64,000 nucleotides of DNA from Candidatus Pacearchaeota archaeon. Lineage in GTDB: Archaea; Nanobdellota; Nanobdellia; Pacearchaeales; GW2011-AR1. The DNA lies in contig SICV01000003.1 of NCBI GenBank assembly GCA_009694725.1, positions 21,381 to 85,380 on the forward strand, written 5' to 3'. Shown in pieces: positions 57,622 to 64,000 of the stretch (its first letter is position 1; every line of letters starts with the position of its first letter). The translations under genes and the position numbers were made by a program. The notes under the pieces were generated by a model. It was not told the origin of the DNA and did no database searches. It saw only the letters and a list, made by a program, of their open reading frames with translations.

Positions 57622-59226
57622 TTATGCTTTCTGATTGAGGAACTCAGTAATGTCTAATTCAAGGATGCTCAGAGGCATCTTGAGTCCGGCGTTTTTGAGC
57701 GTTGAGGGGTGAATTTCTCCTGCGTAGCCGATCTCTTTTTTATTGTGTATAATGAGGGCTGAGCGTCCCGGGATACTGAGAGGGGTAGGATGCGATTTGA
57801 GCACCAGGGGAAATTGTAGTTGTTCAGTGAGATATGCCACTACTTGTTGCATATGAGTGATGGTACCGGGAGAAGCGGTAATGAGCAGATGCGTGCACTC
57901 GGTCCCTTGTTCATCAAAGACCGTACCTATTTCAAAGAAATTTTGAGGATAGGACACATCTTTGTTTTCATGATAGACGCGTAAGGCAGGAATAAGTAAA
58001 TTTGGACGAAGATATTTATACTCTGTTTTTGCTCCTTCCATTACGAGTGCCTTTAGGTGATATTTATTTTTTTCTTCTTCAGTAATTGCGTGATAGGTAG
58101 TTATTTCTTGTAATTCAAGCCCTATGAGAAGGTCGGTTATTTTTCGTTCTTGTTTTCTTTTGTCTGATTCATTCCCGGTTGTTGCAAAACTAGGAAGTGT
58201 AGGAATAAGTTTTTCATACCCATATGCAATTGCTATATCCTCAATGAGATCTACTTCGTGCATGATATCTATACGCCAGGGGGGCGTGGCAATCTGTCCT
58301 TTTTCATAACGGTGCCCCATTTTTTCACATAACTTGGGTAGCTCTTTTTCGGTAATGTTTGTTCCGAGAAGGGCATTAGCATGTTCAAGGGAGAATGGTT
58401 TTTTTGTGTAGGTAAGTTGAGGGGTTATGGATGTTTCTTTTTCACGCTCTATTGTGATTCCATGGATCGTTCCCCCTAGCTCGGCACAGAGGGTGGTAAG
58501 AAGAGCTAGGACGTTGTGTAGAGTCGGAAGATGATTGCCTGAACATTCAATAAATAACTGTTTTGTTGCGATTGTGATTTGACCGGTGTCTGCACTGTTG
58601 ATAATTGGAGGCATAGATAGAATTGCCCCTGTTGCATCAATGAAGAGAGGATATTTTTGTGCTTTTTCTAAGAGATGTGCGTATTCTTTTCCTGTTGGAT
58701 GAGTCGTCAGTATTTCCTCAGCAGTGAATGTTTTTGTTGCACCGAGTGGGGTGAAGGTGATATCTTTCGGTTTTTTTGCTGTAAACGTGAGAGGAAATGC
58801 TATTTTTTCAGCAGGATACATACCAATTGCGCATTTCTTTCGTTTTCGTCCGATTGTTTTATGTAACTTTTCTTGAATGTCTATTAGTGTTTCTAGTATA
58901 TCTGAAGTGATGGTCAGATCCCGTATTATCGCTCCTACGGTAAAGGGACGCACTTCCGCGACTTCAGGTTTAATGATGATGCGATGTATTTTTTCTGGTT
59001 TGAGTACGGGATAGTCTACAGGTTTTCGTTTACCGAGATAGAGTTGTACCGCTCGTACAAATCCTTGTAATGAATAGAGATCTGGTCGATTTGCAAGTGC
59101 TTCAACTTCAAGTCCTTCAGGGGTGAGTTCTGCAGGAATGCCCATGTTTTGTATTTCTTCGATTGCTTTTGGAGTAAGTGAAAGATTTTTTGCGAGTGCT
59201 TGGGTTGTAAATTGTACTTTAGCCAT
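57622..59226 (-). CDS. pheT: Phenylalanine--tRNA ligase beta subunit
   Basis: ANRPDL, SMPPIINS, RIDIMHEVDLIED, LRPNL, GEIHP. Confidence 0.95.
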   Translation of the reverse strand: MAKVQFTTQALAKNLSLTPKAIEEIQNMGIPAELTPEGLEVEALANRPDLYSLQGFVRAVQLYLGKRKPVDYPVLKPEKIHRIIIKPEVAEVRPFTVGAIIRDLTITSDILETLIDIQEKLHKTIGRKRKKCAIGMYPAEKIAFPLTFTAKKPKDITFTPLGATKTFTAEEILTTHPTGKEYAHLLEKAQKYPLFIDATGAILSMPPIINSADTGQITIATKQLFIECSGNHLPTLHNVLALLTTLCAELGGTIHGITIEREKETSITPQLTYTKKPFSLEHANALLGTNITEKELPKLCEKMGHRYEKGQIATPPWRIDIMHEVDLIEDIAIAYGYEKLIPTLPSFATTGNESDKRKQERKITDLLIGLELQEITTYHAITEEEKNKYHLKALVMEGAKTEYKYLRPNLLIPALRVYHENKDVSYPQNFFEIGTVFDEQGTECTHLLITASPGTITHMQQVVAYLTEQLQFPLVLKSHPTPLSIPGRSALIIHNKKEIGYAGEIHPSTLKNAGLKMPLSILELDITEFLNQKA

Positions 59227-60724
59227 GTAGTCCTCCTCGTGGGATTGTTCTTATTTGTTTGAGGTTATTACGATACATATCGCGCAAGTCGGTTATTTTG
59301 TATGCGTCCATGATGATTCTATCAAATCCTTGGCCCCAGGCAAGAATAGGGATTGGTTTGCCAATAAGTGCAGCGCTTACTTCTGGTCTAAAAATGCCTG
59401 CTCCTCCAAGTTCAAGCCAGATTTTTTTGCTTGGATGCCAGACTTGTATTTCTACCGAGGGTTCAGTATAGGGGAAGAAGCTTGGAACAAATTTTATTTT
59501 TTCAAATCCCATTTTTGTATAGAATTCGGTAAGATAGCCGAGTAAATGGCAGAATGTAGCTTTTTCATCAATTACAATGCCTTCCGTCTGATAGAATTCG
59601 AATCCATGACTCCAATCTACTGTTTCATTGCGAAATACTTTGCCAATGGCGAAATACTTTGCGGGAAGGTTATCTGTTTTGAGAGTGGCTACGGTTCGTG
59701 CAGAGAGAGACGTCGTATGTGTTCTCAATACCGCTTGTTGAGCTTTTTTAGGGCTCCAAGTATATTGCCATCCGGTACTGCCCACAATTCCCTGTTCGTG
59801 TGCTTGTTGTACCCGTTTGATTAACTTCGTTTCTGGAAGTGGACGAGTAAGGGGGAGAAAGAAAGTGTCTTGCATTTCTCTGCCTGGATGATCTTGAGGA
59901 GTATAGAGGGCATCGAATACCCAAAATTCATTGTCAATCATTGTGCCCGTCATTTCGGTGAAACCCATATCAGTCCAGATGCGTACCGCTTTTTCTATTG
60001 CTTCATTCACGAAGTGTCTTTTCCCCCCTGTGAGGGGTGCAACAGGAAGTGAGAGATCATATGCTCGAAATTGTTTTGCTCCCTGCCAATTTCTAATGAG
60101 TTCAGGGGTGACTTCTTCGAGTACGTTTGATTCGATGGTAGTACCTGCAAGTTCTTTTCCGAGTGGAGTCAAAGTGTATGAACGCTCGGTGTGCTCTTTA
60201 AGTTCAATAATATCTTTTCTTTTGTGGAGTGCGATACAGGCAGGCACCAGTTCAGGTGTGAGTGTTTCTTTTACAAGCGGCAGTTTTTCTATTAATTGCT
60301 CTTCCAGCGTTTTTTTCATACATTCTGCGGGTGATGCGGTTAGCACAATTGCTCCTTGGTCTAATGAAATCATTCCTTTACTTTTGAGAATACCAAGCGA
60401 TACGTTGTATTCATTTTCTGAAAGTCCTGCTACTTTTTGTGCTTCTAAAAGTGGTAGAGGGTGATGCGGTTTGAGAATAGAAAGCAACTTTCGTTCGGGA
60501 AGTCCGGTTCGTGCGTACCGGATACCATTGACTCCGGTATCAATGAGGGTTTTTTTGGTTGTTTTAAGTATGAGGAGGCCCTTTGTCTCTAAGGAAAGGA
60601 GTGTTTTGACCAGCGTTGCTTCTTCTAATCCGGTAGCTTCTGTAAGTTCTGTATAGGGTTTGTTGAGATGAGAGATGAGGGTGCGTTCATGTGTTGAAAG
60701 TGTAGCAATGAGCGCATTCTTCAT
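59219..60724 (-). CDS. pheS: Phenylalanine--tRNA ligase alpha subunit
   Basis: PQDHPGREMQDTF, LRTHTT, FRNE, FPYTEPS, GAGIFRPE. Confidence 0.96.
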   Translation of the reverse strand: MKNALIATLSTHERTLISHLNKPYTELTEATGLEEATLVKTLLSLETKGLLILKTTKKTLIDTGVNGIRYARTGLPERKLLSILKPHHPLPLLEAQKVAGLSENEYNVSLGILKSKGMISLDQGAIVLTASPAECMKKTLEEQLIEKLPLVKETLTPELVPACIALHKRKDIIELKEHTERSYTLTPLGKELAGTTIESNVLEEVTPELIRNWQGAKQFRAYDLSLPVAPLTGGKRHFVNEAIEKAVRIWTDMGFTEMTGTMIDNEFWVFDALYTPQDHPGREMQDTFFLPLTRPLPETKLIKRVQQAHEQGIVGSTGWQYTWSPKKAQQAVLRTHTTSLSARTVATLKTDNLPAKYFAIGKVFRNETVDWSHGFEFYQTEGIVIDEKATFCHLLGYLTEFYTKMGFEKIKFVPSFFPYTEPSVEIQVWHPSKKIWLELGGAGIFRPEVSAALIGKPIPILAWGQGFDRIIMDAYKITDLRDMYRNNLKQIRTIPRGGLHG

Positions 60725-60759
60725 AGGTGGAAGGGGGGGTTTGGGTATAAAAATGTGTT

Positions 60760-61020
60760 TTAAGGGTAGCCGAGGGCTTGTTTGAGTATCTTTGCTTCTT
60801 GTTCCGTACATCCAGTTATATGTAGCGGTATTTTCATCTTGATGAGGAGAGGAATATCTGCTTTGATTCGAGCGAGTACTTGTGCTCGTTTTATGGGGGA
60901 TATTACCCTTAATTCGGTAAGGTTGAGGGGGTAGGCTTCTTTTTTAGTTTTCATTTCTCGTAATTGTACTTCAGTATAAGGGCTGGCAAGCAGACGAAAC
61001 GTATCTTGTGTTTTACCCAT
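60760..61020 (-). CDS. Small hypothetical protein
   Basis: Overlaps the pyrH stop; lies in the pyrH-pheS operon. Confidence 0.55.
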   Translation of the reverse strand: MGKTQDTFRLLASPYTEVQLREMKTKKEAYPLNLTELRVISPIKRAQVLARIKADIPLLIKMKIPLHITGCTEQEAKILKQALGYP

Positions 61021-61699
61021 GTATCGTTGTTCCTTTCCATTTTTTTCCAGCGAGGAATGCTGAAAAATTAGACATATTTCCTGAAAGAAGGTATGTCAGT
61101 GTATGATTTTTTCGAATAATTGTTGAAGCTTGTTGATCAAGGATAAAGTGTTGGCCCGGGTGGAACGAGAGGGCATGTGCCTTTTTTTCAAATGCTTTCC
61201 AGGAAATAATTTGGATGAGCTTGGCGTTTGTGTGTGTACGTGGGTCTGCAGTATAGAGTCCCGTTGTATCGCTTAAATTGATAAGGGGGCACTTAAGAAG
61301 TGTCGCTAATTTTGCAGCGGTTGTATCTGTTGTGGCATGAGGTGCCCAGCGTAATGCGCCACAAATGACTGGGTTGTTTTTTCTGAGGGCAGTGTATACA
61401 TGTTTCATATTCAGTAAGAGTGTATCATTTGTCTGTTTGCCAAACCATTGCATAAGAAATAAGGCATTGACACGTGTTGCTCGAATCCCTGCACGTGCTT
61501 GTTCATAGATAGAACGTTTTTCTTTTTTCAACGCAGTGATGGCTGTGCGTGCAAGGTAGCCACCCCCACAGACAATAATAAATTGATATGTACGGGTATG
61601 TTGATTGAGGGTTTTTTTAAGTTCGTGGAGAAATCGATAGTCTATCTCTTGAGGAATGATTAATGATCCTCCTACGCTGATAACTAGTTTCTTTTTCAT
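61013..61699 (-). CDS. pyrH: UMP kinase (archaeal type)
   Basis: ISVGGS, CGGG..AR, TTDTTAA, GLYTADP, PGQHFILD. Confidence 0.92.
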   Translation of the reverse strand: MKKKLVISVGGSLIIPQEIDYRFLHELKKTLNQHTRTYQFIIVCGGGYLARTAITALKKEKRSIYEQARAGIRATRVNALFLMQWFGKQTNDTLLLNMKHVYTALRKNNPVICGALRWAPHATTDTTAAKLATLLKCPLINLSDTTGLYTADPRTHTNAKLIQIISWKAFEKKAHALSFHPGQHFILDQQASTIIRKNHTLTYLLSGNMSNFSAFLAGKKWKGTTIHG

Positions 61700-61701
61700 A
61701 G

Positions 61702-62463
61702 TTATCTCCTCTGAATAATATACCGATTTCCAATCATCTCTGAAAGGACGGCAGTTATAATATACGGTCCGATAATTGCTTTGTATAATCCTTCCCCAAT
61801 CGGTATTTTTGTTTTTTGAGCTACTTCTTGTAAGAATGCGAGTATTGCTTCACGATCTAATGATTGGGAAGTAACTTGGGGCCTGTTTTGTTTCACGATG
61901 ACCAATGGTTTTCCTGGTCCCGGGCATTCAACACTTTGTACTCTTGGATCATTGAGCCATTGTTGTATTGTCTGATTTGTAAACGTAATCGCTTGAGCGT
62001 TTTGAGGAACCGTGGGACGAGGGGGCATTGAGGATTGATATGCAGCAGGTCTTAGAGGGAGAGGACGGGAAACAGGAGGTGTAAGGGGAAGGAGGGGTTG
62101 TTTAAGGGGAATAAACTGCGTAGTGTTTGGTTTGAGCGAAGGAAGTAATTGTGGATTTTTTTGTATTTGTGTTGTTTGTGGACTATAAGTGGTATTGATC
62201 GAGGTATATCCTTCTGCTGTTGCAGGTTCAGTAGCTTGAGAAGATTCAATTTGAAGAAGAGGGATTCTATTTTGAGCGAGCACTCGTGCTTTTTGTTGCT
62301 TACGTACTGCTTCTTGATAGACGGCAGTATTCAGAATTAATGCTCGGACAAATGCACGCAGAAATACCTGGGGTGCGCTCTCAGATGAATTAGAATCGAG
62401 GGAGCGGGCGCGAGGCAATTGGTGCGTTCGAGGTCTCGGTAGCTTCTTCAGGTTGCTTTCCAT
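61702..62463 (-). CDS. Hypothetical protein with Pro-rich linker and C-terminal domain like the N-terminal part of secretion ATPases
   Basis: LNDPRVQSVECPGPGKPLVI..IP....R.IIQ; start uncertain. Confidence 0.65.
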   Translation of the reverse strand: MESNLKKLPRPRTHQLPRARSLDSNSSESAPQVFLRAFVRALILNTAVYQEAVRKQQKARVLAQNRIPLLQIESSQATEPATAEGYTSINTTYSPQTTQIQKNPQLLPSLKPNTTQFIPLKQPLLPLTPPVSRPLPLRPAAYQSSMPPRPTVPQNAQAITFTNQTIQQWLNDPRVQSVECPGPGKPLVIVKQNRPQVTSQSLDREAILAFLQEVAQKTKIPIGEGLYKAIIGPYIITAVLSEMIGNRYIIQRR

Positions 62464-62764
62464 AGACGCGTTCGCGGATATGATCCTCCATGAGTGTAAG
62501 GCCCTTCGCAATTGTTTTATTTTGTCCGAGTAGGAGATCGATTTTTTCCAAGAATTCTTTATCTTTATCTAATCCTTGATTTGAAGGGTGTTCGGCGAAG
62601 GTACGAGCGGTTGCTTCGAAGAGTGCAAGTAAATCTGAGAGTTGATGAGAGACTTTATCAAAGCGTTCGATAACTTGCGTATGTACTTTTTGGAGCTCAA
62701 TTAGATTTTTTACTAAGAGTTCCTGCATTGCTGGAGAAACATCTACCATCTTTTTTCTCGGCAT
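62390..62764 (-). CDS. Coiled-coil hypothetical protein
   Basis: LVKNLIELQKV..LLALFE..QNKTIAKGLTLME..PLPRF. Confidence 0.8.
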   Translation of the reverse strand: MPRKKMVDVSPAMQELLVKNLIELQKVHTQVIERFDKVSHQLSDLLALFEATARTFAEHPSNQGLDKDKEFLEKIDLLLGQNKTIAKGLTLMEDHIRERVYGKQPEEATETSNAPIASRPLPRF

Positions 62765-62841
62765 AGGTTAGCGAGGAGGATTTTGTTTATAAAGGTTGTT
62801 ACGAGGAAAGCTTAAAAGGGGAAGCTCTGTCCTTCTGTTAA

Positions 62842-62930
62842 GGATCCGTCGTATAATGGTTAATATGTCCGCCTCCAGAATTTTTGGATGGTGAAAGCGG
62901 ACGATGGGGGTTCGATTCCCTCCGGGTCCA
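62842..62930 (+). tRNA. tRNA-Trp(CCA) with 17-nt intron (62879-62895)
   Basis: GGATCCG/CGGGTCC acceptor, TCCGC/GCGGA stem, relaxed BHB (CTCC/GGTG, bulges AGA and AAA). Confidence 0.9.
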
Positions 62931-62941
62931 TTCATTTATAC

Positions 62942-63556
62942 ATGGCTTTTTCCTTTCCTCAACGATACCCTCTCCTTTCAGAGATTTCTCCCCTTGTCCC
63001 TTTATTTGCGCAAGTTTTTGATGCTTTAAGATTGCCCTATGTTGTGCGGAAGGGGCGAGATCCCGTTTCTCGTGCACTTTGCATGCGTGTTCATCAAGAC
63101 ATCGCTTTGTACGTTGTTGCACCTACCCCGTTTGCTTCTCTTTGTGCTGCTCAAGGATATTCTCCTGCTCGTCCTCTTTTAGGATTTGCCGATTTTACCT
63201 CTCGCACTGCTTTTGTACAAGAAGGTTCTGCTGCTTGTGTTATTGCCGTTGCTGCACATGAACTGGGGCATCTTTTGAAACCACGTATTCCTCAGAAACG
63301 GGATGAAGAAGCTGCCGCTTATGCTTTTGAATATGCGTGTGCATGTGCGCTTCAACATCATCGTATTGAGGGATGTAGATATGAAGTTGTTGATGAAGCC
63401 TTATCTCCCCCACATCATTTATTCCCTGCGCATGTTAAAGCACATCACTTTGTAACACAGAACCTTCTTCGAGGTGAAGATCCTTTGGAATTATATCGGG
63501 AGCTTACTATGGGGAACCTATGGGTACCTACGAAGCGACGTAAACCTGCCCTCTAA
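62942..63556 (+). CDS. HExxH zincin-like protein
   Basis: VAAHELGHL..DEEAAAYAFE; starts 11 nt after tRNA-Trp. Confidence 0.7.
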   Translation: MAFSFPQRYPLLSEISPLVPLFAQVFDALRLPYVVRKGRDPVSRALCMRVHQDIALYVVAPTPFASLCAAQGYSPARPLLGFADFTSRTAFVQEGSAACVIAVAAHELGHLLKPRIPQKRDEEAAAYAFEYACACALQHHRIEGCRYEVVDEALSPPHHLFPAHVKAHHFVTQNLLRGEDPLELYRELTMGNLWVPTKRRKPAL

Positions 63557-63584
63557 GAAGCAACCACACTTTTAAAGAAAAAGC

Positions 63585-63627
63585 GTCGGCGCGCTGTCTA
63601 CTAAAAGGGTAAAGAGCGACGCCGACT
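63585..63627. terminator. GC-rich stem-loop between genes
   Basis: GTCGGCG-CGCT ... AGCG-A-CGCCGAC, preceded by an A-run (a U-run on the - strand). Confidence 0.4.
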
Positions 63628-63699
63628 ATGAGGGTGAACGGGTGAAGGGTGAGGTGAATGGGATACTGTAGAAGGTTTGGAAACGATATATAAAGGTTT

Positions 63700-64000
63700 T
63701 TATCCCAGTTTCTTCAATTGTTCAATTTCTTCAAAGGTGATGGATGAACCTTTGAATTTGGTGGCATAGAGTGCTGCGGCAAGCGCTTGCTTAGTGTTAG
63801 GATGGAGGATGCCTTGTTTGTAGGCGACAACAACGAGTTCTGAGGAGCGTATACATCGGAATGCTGAGAATACTGAGAGATCTTGATAGGTGAGGGTGAT
63901 GCGTTTGTGGAGTTTATCTGACATCAGACGTTCGAGATTGCGCGGAGCTTCAATGAGGAGACGGGTGGTACGTTCGTCAATGGCAATGAGATTATTGATG
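63700..64000 (-). CDS. Partial hypothetical protein (PIN-like), 5' end outside the window
   Basis: Open frame to the window edge: IDERTTRLLIEAP..KLH..IRSSELV..LYA.KFKG. Confidence 0.7.
   Translation of the reverse strand, partial: INNLIAIDERTTRLLIEAPRNLERLMSDKLHKRITLTYQDLSVFSAFRCIRSSELVVVAYKQGILHPNTKQALAAALYATKFKGSSITFEEIEQLKKLG

Noticed and set aside
62879-62895. C/D guide RNA in the tRNA-Trp intron
   Set aside because: The intron is only 17 nt and lacks C and D boxes.
139-63361. Numerous antisense or overlapping ORFs in the track (e.g. 820-1293, 13219-13779, 51103-51690, 59931-60464, 56496-56711)
   Set aside because: They are shadows of well-supported genes or tRNAs, with no motifs or promoter of their own.

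Overview
Chromosomal segment of a DPANN archaeon, most likely Pacearchaeota/Woesearchaeota (inferred from gene content and protein style). It uses the standard code with TATA-type promoters and mostly leaderless starts. Housekeeping genes dominate: MCM, aRF1, ValRS, MetRS, PheRS alpha/beta, TopA, PolB, FEN-1, RFC S/L, Cdc48, MinD, L15e, MetAP, SOD and PyrH. Three small genes missed by the ORF track were found: Sec61beta, eL41 and a 57-aa ORF. There are seven tRNA genes, and three carry BHB introns (Lys 54 nt, Glu 126 nt, Trp 17 nt). Most notable observations: (1) an AT-rich island at tRNA-Gly(CCC) where a free-standing LAGLIDADG endonuclease gene is followed by three copies of the 3' end of a different tRNA-Gly, separated by two ~83-bp structured, covarying units, then PPase-like and possible ART-fold cargo genes; (2) a ~28-bp intergenic repeat (GGTATCTGATGTAYGTYTTAGTGAGGGG) dispersed across the window, seen only on the + strand; (3) a long, highly structured tRNA-Glu intron with box C/D-like motifs; (4) a tandem array of paralogous membrane proteins with a duplicated promoter, flanked by MNT and RelE-type TA genes; (5) a DisA-type diadenylate cyclase with variant motifs. 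No CRISPR array, rRNA, integrase or transposase was seen. All calls come from reading the sequence; no searches were run.
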